This document shows positions 9,137-19,173 of a stretch of DNA of 39,195 bases, one piece after another. The notes below the pieces were generated by a model. It searched no databases and was not told where the DNA came from. It worked only from the letters and a program-made list of their open reading frames with translations. Position numbers and translations under genes: made by a program. Source of the DNA: a virus (Duplodnaviria > Caudoviricetes); IMG/VR virus record IMGVR_UViG_3300044820_000043, positions 1-39,195 of that record; one strand, written 5' to 3'. Position 1 is the first letter of the stretch. Each line of letters begins with the position of its first letter.

Positions 9137-10718
9137 GCAGGCGTACGGCGGCACGGGCGGGGGTACTCTTCTAGAGGAGTTCTTCGTCAAGCTGGGCGTG
9201 AAGGCGGACCACGGCGCCGTCGAGAAATTCCAGCATGCGATCTCAGGCGTACACCACGCGCTCGAAGCGCTTGGAATTTTGGCGGCGATTGAGGTGGGGC
9301 GCCGGATCGTAGAGTTCGTCGAAAACGCCGTGGCGGGTGCGGCCGACATCGAGCACGTGTCGGAAGCCATCGACATGGCCGCAACCAGCGTAGCCGCATT
9401 CGACCGCGTAGCCGCGAGCGGGGGCATTTCTGCGTCGGAAATGAACGATGCCCTCGTGAGTATGACAAGGGCAGCCGGCGCAGCGGCGGCGGGCTTCCCT
9501 CGCTACGCGAAGCTGTTCAAGCAGCTTGGTATTGATACGAAAGACGCTGCGACAGGGGCGCTCAAGACCACGGAAGATCTCTTCGCCGAGCTGGCCGACA
9601 AATTCGCGCAATGGGATCCAGGTATGCGCTTGGCCGTGGCTGGGCGTCTGGGCATCAATCCGCGCCTGGCTTCTTTGATGGCCAACATGGGAGGGGATGA
9701 ATTCCTTGGCTCCGTCAAAGAAGCGAAAAAGTCGGATCTTCTGACCGACGCGGACTACAAGCTTGCCCACGAGACAGAGATCACCTTCGCTCGCATTAAG
9801 AAGATCGTCGCTCAAGTCACTGCGTTGATCGGCATCGAGCTAGCCCCTGTGGTGCTTCGGGTGGCGGATGCGTTCGAAGAGTGGTGGAAGGTCAATCGCC
9901 AAGACGTACTTACGCGCTTCACGGATTGGCTGTGGATCGTCATTCACTACGCCCTGGCGATCTACCGAGGGGCTGTGGACGTGAAGGATGCTGTCGCGGG
10001 ATGGCTAGAGCCCTTTTCAGACATCATCTCGCCGTTACAGATCATCGAGACGGTGGTTGTGGCTATCGTCGCGGTGAAACTTGCGGCGTGGATCTATGTC
10101 GTAGCGGCCGCGCTCGCGACGCTCGCCCCTGTGCTGGGGCCGATCACGTTGGTGTTGCTGGGCTTGCTCGGCATCGTCTCGATAGCGAGCCAGCTTCGCG
10201 AGAACTGGAACCCGATCATGCAGTGGTTCGGGGAAAAGTGGGACTGGGTCAAGGACAAGGCTCGTGACGTCTTCGAGTTTTTGTATCGCGGCTCGACTTT
10301 CCTACGCCCGCTTTTGAAGGCGCTTGGTATCACGGCGGGGGAAGACTTCCTCGACCGGCAAGACCAGCGGCACAACGACGAGCGCACGCTACAGAGCAAC
10401 GAAGATCACCTTCAACAGCGCAACACTCCGGATTACTACGATGAGAAGGGTGACCCGGTGTGGAAGCTCAATTACGGGCTGCGCCCAAAGGACTTCAATT
10501 CATCCATGTACGCCCCGCGCACGGCGCCGTTGGGCGGTGCTCAGATGTCATCGAACACTAAGGTGGACATCGCGCGCGTGGACATCCACGCGGACAAGGG
10601 GCGAGAGGGTACGGTAGGCGCGCAGTTGAACACGCAGATCGAAGAGGCGATCAACACCAAAGCGAGGCCCGCGCCGTTGAACCTGGCGCGTAATGCACAA
10701 GGGTACTTCAAGTCATGA
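9129..10718 (+). CDS. Tape measure protein
   Basis: 529 aa, Ala-rich and helical; 'LEEFFVKLG' N-terminus, hydrophobic segments and W/F-spaced repeats (NWNPIMQWFGEKWDWVK); AAGGAG RBS. Confidence 0.85.
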   Translation: MSEQAYGGTGGGTLLEEFFVKLGVKADHGAVEKFQHAISGVHHALEALGILAAIEVGRRIVEFVENAVAGAADIEHVSEAIDMAATSVAAFDRVAASGGISASEMNDALVSMTRAAGAAAAGFPRYAKLFKQLGIDTKDAATGALKTTEDLFAELADKFAQWDPGMRLAVAGRLGINPRLASLMANMGGDEFLGSVKEAKKSDLLTDADYKLAHETEITFARIKKIVAQVTALIGIELAPVVLRVADAFEEWWKVNRQDVLTRFTDWLWIVIHYALAIYRGAVDVKDAVAGWLEPFSDIISPLQIIETVVVAIVAVKLAAWIYVVAAALATLAPVLGPITLVLLGLLGIVSIASQLRENWNPIMQWFGEKWDWVKDKARDVFEFLYRGSTFLRPLLKALGITAGEDFLDRQDQRHNDERTLQSNEDHLQQRNTPDYYDEKGDPVWKLNYGLRPKDFNSSMYAPRTAPLGGAQMSSNTKVDIARVDIHADKGREGTVGAQLNTQIEEAINTKARPAPLNLARNAQGYFKS

Positions 10719-11446
10719 GCAGCGCGGTCATCCGAAAAATGCAGAGCGCGCAGGGGGCTTCGAAAGCGTGGGCCGTGGTGTGGGACTCCGTGCTTCATGA
10801 GGACGTGATTCTTCCTACGAAGGTCACGAGCGACCCCATCGCGTCGGGCTCTCCGGTGAACGATCACGCTTACGATGAGCAGGTCCAACTTGCTTTGACC
10901 GTGGTGGTGTCGAACGTACCGCCCAGCAATGTGCTCAACGGGAAGAGCATCGGGCAGCATGAACAGGACGGGGACGTGCTCAAGGATCCGTACATCATTC
11001 CAGGATTCACGCGCTCGCAAGCGGCGCTCGCTCGTCTCGATGAGATACGGACGGCGCATGAGCTGTGCAACGTACAAACGGGGCTTCGCTACTTCCCAAA
11101 TATGTTCTTGACGAACATTCGGTACTCAACCACGACGGGCAAATCGGAAGTGCTGGAAGCCGAGCTATCTTTCGTGGGGCTCAATCTCACGCGGGTACTC
11201 GTGAAAAGCTATCCGCCGCGCAAGGATGTCAAGACCACGAAGGCGGCGAGTCTCGCGAAGAAAAAGAACGCCGGGGCAGGGCAAGCCCCGTCGACTGCGC
11301 AGCAGAGGCAAGCGTTCAAGAAACGTTTGATCTCAGGCTTCGACGGTGTGGTTTTCACGGAGTCTCAAGCGGACGCCATCGCGCTTGAGAGGTATCCCGA
11401 CGAGCCCGGTGCTTCCAACTTGGTGAACGGAGGAGTGGACCCATGA
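10715..11446 (+). CDS. Baseplate/tube initiator (Dit-like) protein
   Basis: 'D.VLHE......VT..PI.SGS.VNDHAY' and 'VQTGLRYF.NM.LT' motifs; follows the tape measure gene. Confidence 0.75.
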   Translation: MSSAVIRKMQSAQGASKAWAVVWDSVLHEDVILPTKVTSDPIASGSPVNDHAYDEQVQLALTVVVSNVPPSNVLNGKSIGQHEQDGDVLKDPYIIPGFTRSQAALARLDEIRTAHELCNVQTGLRYFPNMFLTNIRYSTTTGKSEVLEAELSFVGLNLTRVLVKSYPPRKDVKTTKAASLAKKKNAGAGQAPSTAQQRQAFKKRLISGFDGVVFTESQADAIALERYPDEPGASNLVNGGVDP

Positions 11447-11757
11447 TCGTCGTTCCGCTTACCTCGGATCCTTGTCAGGTCGTGACTATCAGTCTCGCGG
11501 GGGAGGACTACGATTTGACGGTGAAGTGGAACGAAGCGCGCCAGTGCTGGACGGTCGATATCCTCCGTCGAGAAGACCAGGCGACGCTGGCATTCGGGCT
11601 AGCGTTGCTTGTGGGCTCCGAGCTGCTAATGGGCACGGGGCTTCGTATCGGTAAGCTGATGCCGGTAGATGAAAGCGCGCAAGACAAAGACGCCACGTCG
11701 GACGACGGCGATCTCGGTGGGCGTGTGAAGCTCTACTACTTCGCACCAGGGGAATGA
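11443..11757 (+). CDS. Small baseplate (plug-type) protein
   Basis: 104 aa; 'VPL...P.Q...ISL.G..Y.L..KWN....W..DI' motif typical of this module. Confidence 0.7.
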   Translation: MIVVPLTSDPCQVVTISLAGEDYDLTVKWNEARQCWTVDILRREDQATLAFGLALLVGSELLMGTGLRIGKLMPVDESAQDKDATSDDGDLGGRVKLYYFAPGE

Positions 11758-12686
11758 TGCCTATCGACACGCTTCAATGGCTCCGCCGGATCGAGGTTAT
11801 CGTCGGAAAAGACGGTAAAGGTCTACATATCATCGGTGCGCACAACGAAGGTCTGCACGTAGAAGCCACGGTCGAGAAGACTATCCGGCATACCCCGAAC
11901 ACAGCCGACATCACGATCATCAACCTTGACCCGGAATCCGAGCATAAGGTGCTACAGGAGTACGACGACATTATCGTCAGTGCCGGGTATGAAGGCGCGG
12001 TGCTGTTGATCTTCCGGGGCAACATCAAGCACGCGGTCGCGTACTGGGATCAAGGCGCCCGCAAGGTAGACATTCAGGCGGCGGACGGAGATAAGGACTA
12101 CCGCACCGCCGTAATGCAGTCGGTCGTACGCTCGGATGCGGAAGCCGTGCAAGCCGCCTTGCGCGCGATGCCCAATACGAAGCCGGGGCACATCAAAACG
12201 GGAGACAAACGGCGCATTCGCGCGAAGGTCATCTCGGGCGCTGCGCGCGACGTGCTCCACCAAGTAGCGGCCGACAACGATGCGAATTGGTCGATCCAAG
12301 ATGGCGCGTTGCAGATCGTCGAAAGTACGGGGGTTCTTCCGACAGAAGCCATCGTGATGAACGAACAGACTGGCTTGATCGGCGCACCCGAGCTATCCGA
12401 CAAAGGCATCCGCGTCACTAGCCACCTGAATCCGTACGTCGCTATCAACGGCAAGTTGCTGTTGAACAATGACAACATCAAGATCGAAACCAAACAGCTC
12501 TACACGACGGGGCCGAAGGTGAAGACGAAAAAGCTCGTTCGGCTTTCTACTGATGGCGTGTACAAGGTCTTCAAAATCCGGCACGAAATCGACTCGCGCG
12601 GACCGTCCAAGACCATTTCGGAATGTGTCACTTTGGGCGATGCGATCCCAAGTACAGGCACGAAAAAAGCAGTGGTGAAGCTGTGA
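11754..12686 (+). CDS. Baseplate hub protein
   Basis: 'VEKT....PNTADITI.NL', 'AGYEG...LIFRGNI', 'AADGD', 'WSIQDG.LQ' and 'TGLIG.PE' motifs. Confidence 0.85.
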   Translation: MMPIDTLQWLRRIEVIVGKDGKGLHIIGAHNEGLHVEATVEKTIRHTPNTADITIINLDPESEHKVLQEYDDIIVSAGYEGAVLLIFRGNIKHAVAYWDQGARKVDIQAADGDKDYRTAVMQSVVRSDAEAVQAALRAMPNTKPGHIKTGDKRRIRAKVISGAARDVLHQVAADNDANWSIQDGALQIVESTGVLPTEAIVMNEQTGLIGAPELSDKGIRVTSHLNPYVAINGKLLLNNDNIKIETKQLYTTGPKVKTKKLVRLSTDGVYKVFKIRHEIDSRGPSKTISECVTLGDAIPSTGTKKAVVKL

Positions 12687-13318
12687 CAACGGCGAGTGAA
12701 CGCCAGCAGACACAGCAGGATTTGACCGACGACGCCTACGATGGGGTTGTGCAGGCTATCCGATACGCGCTCATGAACGTCCACACGGCGCACCCAGGGC
12801 GCATCGAAAGCGTTAACCTGTTACAGCAAACGGTGAAGGTGCAGCCGACCATTCGACGGCTCAAGATCGACGGCCAGTCGGTAGCGCTTCCGATCTGCGA
12901 AGACGTTCCGATCATCTTCCCAGGGGGCGCCCTCACGTTCGATATTGCTAGCGGCGACGAATGCTTGATCTTGTTTTCCGAGCGCTGCATTGATCGTTGG
13001 TGGGCGAACGGGGGCGTTCAAGATCCCGACGAGCTGCGCTTCCACGACTTGTCCGACGGCTTCGCTCTTATCGGGCCGAACAGCCTTGGGCGCCTGCTTT
13101 CGGACATCGGAGCAGGTACCGAATTGCGCTTGCGGGACGGCTCGCTTCGAGTGGCTTTGCGCGAGGGCAAGGTCTACCTAGGGGCTTCCACCGCGACCGG
13201 GATCGAGCTGCAACCGATGATTAACGGCGTCGTGGTGGCACGCGGAATCGATCCTTACACCAAGATGACCTATTATGCCCTTGGGGCCTCCTCCCAGAAT
13301 GTGCTTGCGAAACTCTGA
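12683..13318 (+). CDS. Baseplate central spike (Gp138-type)
   Basis: GTGA coupling at 12683; 'DVPIIFPGG..LTF.I..GDECL.LFSERCID.WW..G' and 'R.HDLSDGFA..G' motifs. Confidence 0.88.
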   Translation: MTTASERQQTQQDLTDDAYDGVVQAIRYALMNVHTAHPGRIESVNLLQQTVKVQPTIRRLKIDGQSVALPICEDVPIIFPGGALTFDIASGDECLILFSERCIDRWWANGGVQDPDELRFHDLSDGFALIGPNSLGRLLSDIGAGTELRLRDGSLRVALREGKVYLGASTATGIELQPMINGVVVARGIDPYTKMTYYALGASSQNVLAKL

Positions 13319-13701
13319 TGCTTGTACGACGGCTAGATAGTAACGGCGAACCGTGCTACGGGCACGGCTTCTCGGATTTCCTCGCAGGGGCGGACGCGGT
13401 CGTGACGCTTGTCTTGCTGGCCATTCGCACCACCTTGGGCGAATGGTTTCTCGACGCGGATCTCGGTGTCGCATGGTGGATGCAAGAGGAGGGGCAGCGG
13501 CAGATCTTGGGGCAGCGTCCAGCCGATCTTGCTTTCGCGCGCTCGGAATTCATCCGCGTTGTGACCAGCGTACAAGGTGTCTCGGCCGTCGAAGATTTGG
13601 TGCTCGATATCAACCACGCCACACGCGAGCTTTCCGCATCCATCACGGTTCTGACGGATTACGGGGCGCCTCGCACCATTCAAATGAGGACAGCCCTATG
13701 A
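13318..13701 (+). CDS. Baseplate wedge subunit (gp25/gpW-like)
   Basis: 'VRRLD.NG....G.G...F' and 'GEWFLD...GV.W' motifs. Confidence 0.82.
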   Translation: MLVRRLDSNGEPCYGHGFSDFLAGADAVVTLVLLAIRTTLGEWFLDADLGVAWWMQEEGQRQILGQRPADLAFARSEFIRVVTSVQGVSAVEDLVLDINHATRELSASITVLTDYGAPRTIQMRTAL

Positions 13702-14921
13702 GCGGTGTAACAGACGTCGGCTTCGCACGTGAACGGCTCGACATTCTGGCGGCCAACTTGACGACCAAGCTCAAGGATCCTTCCGTGCTGGGCTCGGAAG
13801 CGGTTCTTGACGGCACGACGCCCGACGGCCAGATCGTCGGGGTCATCGCCGAGATCGAGGACACGATCTACCAGATGGGTGAGGACGTCTACGCGGCCGT
13901 GGACCCCAACCAAGCTGTAGGGCAAGCGCTCTACCGTCTCGGGCCGTTCTCCGGAATCGAAGTGAAGCTAGGCGAGTACGGCACCGTGACGTGCCTTGTG
14001 CATGTGAAGCTCGGGGAAGTGCTGCCGATTGGCACGCAGATTTTGGACGAGACGACGGGTGTCTTGTACACCACCACGCTGCAAGTAGGACCTTCGGTGG
14101 GGGACGATCACGACTACACCGTGCCCGCCGTCGCGTCTACCTACGGAACGGTGCTCACCAAGTCCACGAATACGGCCAAGAAGGTCGTGGACGTGTATGG
14201 CTGGATTGACGTCGCTTTCTATGCCGATGGGACGGCGGGGACGTTGCCCGAGTCGCCGGCCAAGTTTCGCCAGCGGCGCATGCGCTCGGTTGCGAAGCCC
14301 GGCCAAGGCATGCTTGATAGTATGTACGCAGCGCTCGCCGACCTTACAGGCATCGGCGACGTGAGCGTTTTCGTAAACCCCAAGGCGGTAGCCGTGGACA
14401 TCAAGGCGGGCGATCTGGCATTGCCCGCGCATTCGTGCATCGTCGTCGTACGCAATCCCGTTGTGGCGGGAGGGGTAGATCAGATCGCGCGTACTATTTG
14501 GCTGTACAAGAACCCAGCTTGTGACAACGTGGGCAACGTGCATGTCTCGGTGGCCGATTCGCAAGGGCGTCCGCACGACATCGGCTACTACGTCTCGGAA
14601 GAATTCCCCATCGACATGGAGTTGACGTACTCGGCGATTGCAGGCCAAGGCTTCGATGCGGCGACGGACGGTAACACGCTTAAGGACACCTTGGTTGCGT
14701 GGGTGCAGGAAAATCAAATGCCGGGCGATGACATCGCCTGGGGCAATCTGGTGCCCGTCGCGCTCGGCGCGGTGCCGGCCACGAACGGGCGCTACTCCAT
14801 CAAAGTGGAACAGATCCGCTTGGCCGCCCACGGGGGCAGTCTCGCTGTGCAAGATCTCGTCGTCCCATTCAACAATCACGCTTCTCTGTCGCGCGCGAAC
14901 ATCACCTTGGTGGCGGTATGA
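13698..14921 (+). CDS. Baseplate J-like wedge protein
   Basis: ATGA coupling at 13698; 'TPDGQIVG..AE', 'DP.QAVG.AL', 'ES...FR.RR..SV' and 'P.HS..VVV' motifs. Confidence 0.88.
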   Translation: MSGVTDVGFARERLDILAANLTTKLKDPSVLGSEAVLDGTTPDGQIVGVIAEIEDTIYQMGEDVYAAVDPNQAVGQALYRLGPFSGIEVKLGEYGTVTCLVHVKLGEVLPIGTQILDETTGVLYTTTLQVGPSVGDDHDYTVPAVASTYGTVLTKSTNTAKKVVDVYGWIDVAFYADGTAGTLPESPAKFRQRRMRSVAKPGQGMLDSMYAALADLTGIGDVSVFVNPKAVAVDIKAGDLALPAHSCIVVVRNPVVAGGVDQIARTIWLYKNPACDNVGNVHVSVADSQGRPHDIGYYVSEEFPIDMELTYSAIAGQGFDAATDGNTLKDTLVAWVQENQMPGDDIAWGNLVPVALGAVPATNGRYSIKVEQIRLAAHGGSLAVQDLVVPFNNHASLSRANITLVAV

Positions 14922-15685
14922 GTACAGACGACGTCGATATCGAAGCTCAGGCGCAAGCGCGCATCGCGGGGAGCTTGCGCGACTCCGCACGCTTTCGTAA
15001 CTACGTGGCTGCGATCACATCGGAGCTGGACCACGTGAAAGACGGGATCCGCACGCTCGATGCCGTGATGAACATCGACGCCATGGGCGGTGTGAACCTC
15101 GACCGCATCGGGGAGATCGTCAACCTTCGGCGCAAGCTTATGGGCTCGGCGCCTAAGCGCTACTTCGGGTTTCGGCCGGACGGCCCTGGGGACTACCAGT
15201 ATGCGAAGCCCCAGGGCGACCGCGCGCAACCTTTGCTCGGCGGCATGTTCTACGAACGCGGGGGTAGCCTCACGGATCCCGCGCCCATGGAAGACAACAT
15301 CTACCGTCACGCCCTCAAAGCGAAGTGCATCAAGAACACCACGCGGCTCGATGGTTCGAAAGCTTGGGTCGAGAAGATCTATGACGTGCTCTTTTTGATC
15401 TTCCCCGACGCCACCTTTCCCATTTGGATCTACGAAGGCGGGATGTGTATCGAGGTAGGGATCGGTACGGTGCCTTCGTTGAAGCAAGTAGCGCTTCTCG
15501 TGATGGCAGGAATCATCCCCGTACCCATGGGGGTAGACATCGCGTTCACGTATTGGGACGATACCGCTCCGGTTTTCGCATTCGCAGACTCAGCCGTCAC
15601 GCATCCCGCGCCGTACGGTGACCGAGCGTACCCCGCGCGAGGCGGGGTGTTCGCAGAAAGGATTACGCGCAATGTCCCTGGTTGA
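14918..15685 (+). CDS. Baseplate wedge protein (DUF2612 family)
   Basis: 'ID.A.GVNLD.IG.IV...R', 'YFGF', 'D..YR..LKAK...N' and 'P.P.GV' motifs. Confidence 0.85.
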   Translation: MSTDDVDIEAQAQARIAGSLRDSARFRNYVAAITSELDHVKDGIRTLDAVMNIDAMGGVNLDRIGEIVNLRRKLMGSAPKRYFGFRPDGPGDYQYAKPQGDRAQPLLGGMFYERGGSLTDPAPMEDNIYRHALKAKCIKNTTRLDGSKAWVEKIYDVLFLIFPDATFPIWIYEGGMCIEVGIGTVPSLKQVALLVMAGIIPVPMGVDIAFTYWDDTAPVFAFADSAVTHPAPYGDRAYPARGGVFAERITRNVPG

Positions 15686-16577
15686 AACTCTTCCCACTCC
15701 CGAAACTGCCACGTGGTGCGAATCCGGGACCGTCGGCGACGGCGGCGCATCTCCCGGTGACATCGATCCCAGTGGGGGCGACATCGCCCACGGCTGGCCG
15801 GCGACGTCTACGCCGCCCCCTCGCCAACGATTCAACTGGATCGAAAACATCGTGCACCGGGTGACGCGCTACTTGCGCCAGCGCGGAATTGCTGAGTGGC
15901 ACGCAGGAGAAACATATCCCCCCAACGCACGTACACAGCACTCAGGTTTTACGTGGCAAAATATCTCAGGGGGTAATCTTACAACTACCGAGCCTGGTAG
16001 CGACGCGACGAAGTGGGTTAAGTGGGGGCATTCAGAAGTGGATCTAGGAGCCCTACTGCAAACAGGGCTACAGTTGTATTCAGCCACTACAGTCTACAAC
16101 CCCAATGACCGCTGCCAGGACAGCAATGGCCTTGGATGGGTGCGCATTGGAGCCGGAACGACCACAGGCACCGCGCCAGGATCCGACGCGACGAAGTGGA
16201 TCATGCTGGCCAGCGCCAACCGGCCGTCAGGGATCAGCACTTACCCCAGTACCTCTGTGACCAATATAAACTGTATCACCCTTCCGGGACTGTCAACTTA
16301 CAGCACTGGACAATACACGATTAGGATACTGTCCTTCATGCTCACCGATGTTTCCAATCCAAGTGGCTACGTCGACGTGACCCTGACGGGGGATGCCGCG
16401 CTGGATGCCTATGCCGTGTGGACCGCAAACTACTCCAGTGACTACGATGTCAGCGTTGCGAAGCCTCTTGGGATCACGAAGGTCAGCACCAACGTATGGC
16501 GCATCGAGAACGGGATCCTTGGGGTGAGTGGTCCGCATCCGGCGCTGTACGTCATGGCGATGGGTGGCGTGCCGTAG
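15672..16577 (+). CDS. Tail fibre protein with two CBM5/12-like repeats
   Basis: N-terminal 'PPRQRFNW..N......YLRQRGIAEW' baseplate-anchoring motif; two aromatic repeats, each ending PGSDATKW. Confidence 0.72.
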   Translation: MSLVETLPTPETATWCESGTVGDGGASPGDIDPSGGDIAHGWPATSTPPPRQRFNWIENIVHRVTRYLRQRGIAEWHAGETYPPNARTQHSGFTWQNISGGNLTTTEPGSDATKWVKWGHSEVDLGALLQTGLQLYSATTVYNPNDRCQDSNGLGWVRIGAGTTTGTAPGSDATKWIMLASANRPSGISTYPSTSVTNINCITLPGLSTYSTGQYTIRILSFMLTDVSNPSGYVDVTLTGDAALDAYAVWTANYSSDYDVSVAKPLGITKVSTNVWRIENGILGVSGPHPALYVMAMGGVP

Positions 16578-16579
16578 GT

Positions 16580-17245
16580 ATGTCCGCGTGGCAGGACACC
16601 TGGGCGGCGCTGTTCGCGGAAGCGGACGCAGCGAAGGAAGCGGCGAAGACTGCTTTCTTGGCGGGGCTCGTACCTCCGAATCCGCCTGTCCTTCCACTCG
16701 CGAAAGTAGTACCGCTCGCCGACGCAATGACGACGGCGTCGTGGCAAGCGTTGCTTAAGCATATAGGGCCTGTTTCTTCCGATGGCTCGTTAGATATTGG
16801 CATTCAGTGGACGACGGACCCCGTACCCGTACCGCAGCTCGACTTGACGGCCAACACCACCAACAGCCAGCACAGGGGTATTGGTCCAGCTACTATCGAC
16901 GCGTTCGGCATTGTCACGTTGGCGCCCTACCACACGAGCGAATTGACGATGCTCGGAGGCGGTACGATCAACGGGGTCAAGCTGTACACTTCGGCAGGGA
17001 CCGCTTTAGTGCGCGGCGACGACCACAGGCTTGTTGTCTTTGGCGCGACTCACACCGCGCCCGTGGATGTCATCAACGGGGCTTCGGTGGGCGCTGGCAA
17101 TATAGCGTTTTGCCTGCCCTATAGTGCAGGCACCGACGCCAACGCGCGCGAGAATTTCCGCTTCAAAGCAAGTCCTGCGGTGTTCAATCTCTACATCGAC
17201 CCCACTGTGAGCGTGTACCTAGACGGAGGAAAGCCGAGCCCATGA
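16580..17245 (+). CDS. Hypothetical protein in the fibre region
   Basis: ATG 3 nt after the fibre stop; its stop overlaps the next start (ATGA); beta-rich composition. Confidence 0.6.
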   Translation: MSAWQDTWAALFAEADAAKEAAKTAFLAGLVPPNPPVLPLAKVVPLADAMTTASWQALLKHIGPVSSDGSLDIGIQWTTDPVPVPQLDLTANTTNSQHRGIGPATIDAFGIVTLAPYHTSELTMLGGGTINGVKLYTSAGTALVRGDDHRLVVFGATHTAPVDVINGASVGAGNIAFCLPYSAGTDANARENFRFKASPAVFNLYIDPTVSVYLDGGKPSP

Positions 17246-19164
17246 CCATGAAGACCTTGATCCCACGGCGCTTCTTCGCCTTCCTGTGCGGACTTGAGCT
17301 GTTCGCGACCCTGCTTCTTCCCCCTCAAGCATGGGCTCTGACGACGGTTGAAGGAACCAACGGGACGCACGGACAAAGCACAGCGGCCGAGCTGGATGCA
17401 GACACGGACCAACTTATGTGCTCTGAGGCGGCGCGCGGGGCTGTCGTGAATCTGCCTGGCGGCTCCGTCATCACCCTGGCGGCTTGCTCGACCTCGACGA
17501 TTGTCGCGACCGACATTGGGACCACGACGCCGACGGCGGGCGCGATCCCCGTAGCGGGAACCGATGGCAAGCTGGCCACCGGCTGGATGCCGGCCAACGC
17601 GAGCACCAATACGGCCACGGGAACAATGGTCCTCACTGGCGGCACGCTTACCCGCGTGACGGGCACAGGCACCGCGACGGGAACGCAGACCGTGACCTCT
17701 GTGGCGTCGACGGACACGTGGACCTATGCGCCCACTCCGTCCGCGCAGGTCGTGGGGAGCTTCTCGGCCATCGGGGCCGTCTGGACCCGGATCACCGGAA
17801 CCGGAACGAGTACCGGCACAGCCACAGCGGCAAGCGTTGCCAGCACGGACACCGCCACGCTCACCGTGACCTATACGTATACGCACACGCACACAGTGAC
17901 GGACGTAGCTGGGGCTGTGAACACTACCGACGCGCGTCTCTCGGACGCGCGCCACGCGCTCGACACACTTCAAGTCGCCCTTGGCCTGACTATCACATCC
18001 AGCACCAGTACGACTACCGCCACATCGGGGACTGTCAGCAACACACTTACTATTGGTGCTCCGGGCTACGTTACCACGTCCGCTCAAATCTGTGCGGCGC
18101 AAGGAAACGGAATGCTCGTAACAGGTACGCAAACCGCAACGGGAACCGTGACGGGCGCGACCTCTGGTACGGGGACAGCCACAGGAAGCTCTGTGGCTTA
18201 CACGGGTACGTCGACGATGACGTCCACCGTTACGAGCACAGGTTCCGCAAGTGCTACGGTGACGGCTTCAGTCACCGTCACGCAAACATCGACTGTCACC
18301 GTCACGACTACGGAATCCTGGACGATGACAGGGACCGGTACGGGAGCGCAATTTGGCAGCGCTACATTCACCAAGATCGGGACAGGTACGGCTACTAGCT
18401 CGCAAACCAAATCGCAGACGACGACCTACACCGCGCAAACAACGGCGACGTACTCCCGCACGTCTACAGGGGCCGGTACGCGGACATGGACTATGACCGT
18501 CACGGCCGCCTTGACGGCACCGCTTACGGCTACGGCTACGGCGACAAACTCGTGGACAGTCACGGACACCGGGACGGTCACAGCTACGGGTACAACCTCA
18601 TGCGTGGGCGTCTCTGCGACGCCGACAGTAGTAGGTGTGACCGCTACCGCCCCTGTAGCGCCCATCAATACCTACGTGTCGCTGTACCTTCCACAGCAGA
18701 TCTCAGGCGGAAGCGCTGTCAGTTTCTGTCTAGGACCAAACGACACGAACAGTGCCGGCATTCCTACGTGGTCCACGAATGGCATGCAGAACGCCAAAAC
18801 GGCGAGCCCGTATCTCGTGCCTGCCAACGGCACGATCCGCAGTATCTACTTCGGCATGGCCGGGGCGGCTATCTCGCAGGGCGGACCCGTGTCGAGCCCG
18901 TACATGCGGATCGACATCTACAGACTGAATTGGAACACGACAACGCTACTTCAAACGCTCAACGTCGCGCTCGACGCAGCCAAGACGGGAATCAACAACG
19001 CCACGACTTCCGGCAACATGATACAGACTTCAGTGACGTCTATTGGTTTGGCAGTGTCGGCGGGGGACTTTATAGGTGTGGTATTCGTTCCGCAGTCGGG
19101 CGACAACTCGAAAATCAACGCAGTCTTGAATCTGTTTGGTCAAATGGCGATAACATTCCCGTAG
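17242..19164 (+). CDS. Thr-rich fibre/adhesin-like protein with an N-terminal signal peptide
   Basis: GGAGGA RBS and ATGA coupling. N-terminus K..RRFF-hydrophobic-PPQAWA; long (T-x)n tracts; fibre-like motifs IPVAGTDGKL..GW and DARLSDAR; globular beta C-terminal domain. Confidence 0.75.
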   Translation: MTMKTLIPRRFFAFLCGLELFATLLLPPQAWALTTVEGTNGTHGQSTAAELDADTDQLMCSEAARGAVVNLPGGSVITLAACSTSTIVATDIGTTTPTAGAIPVAGTDGKLATGWMPANASTNTATGTMVLTGGTLTRVTGTGTATGTQTVTSVASTDTWTYAPTPSAQVVGSFSAIGAVWTRITGTGTSTGTATAASVASTDTATLTVTYTYTHTHTVTDVAGAVNTTDARLSDARHALDTLQVALGLTITSSTSTTTATSGTVSNTLTIGAPGYVTTSAQICAAQGNGMLVTGTQTATGTVTGATSGTGTATGSSVAYTGTSTMTSTVTSTGSASATVTASVTVTQTSTVTVTTTESWTMTGTGTGAQFGSATFTKIGTGTATSSQTKSQTTTYTAQTTATYSRTSTGAGTRTWTMTVTAALTAPLTATATATNSWTVTDTGTVTATGTTSCVGVSATPTVVGVTATAPVAPINTYVSLYLPQQISGGSAVSFCLGPNDTNSAGIPTWSTNGMQNAKTASPYLVPANGTIRSIYFGMAGAAISQGGPVSSPYMRIDIYRLNWNTTTLLQTLNVALDAAKTGINNATTSGNMIQTSVTSIGLAVSAGDFIGVVFVPQSGDNSKINAVLNLFGQMAITFP

Positions 19165-19173
19165 GGGGTTCCC

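Noticed and set aside
1356-16579. Long N-terminal extensions in the ORF track (1356, 4953, 5362, 12623, 13353, 15618, 16496)
   Set aside because: They overlap upstream genes; coupled ATGA/GTGA or closely spaced starts downstream fit better.
15672-19164. Diversity-generating retroelement acting on the fibre genes
   Set aside because: No reverse transcriptase in the window and no ~100-bp template/variable repeat pair differing at adenines; the PGSDATKW duplication is a short domain repeat.
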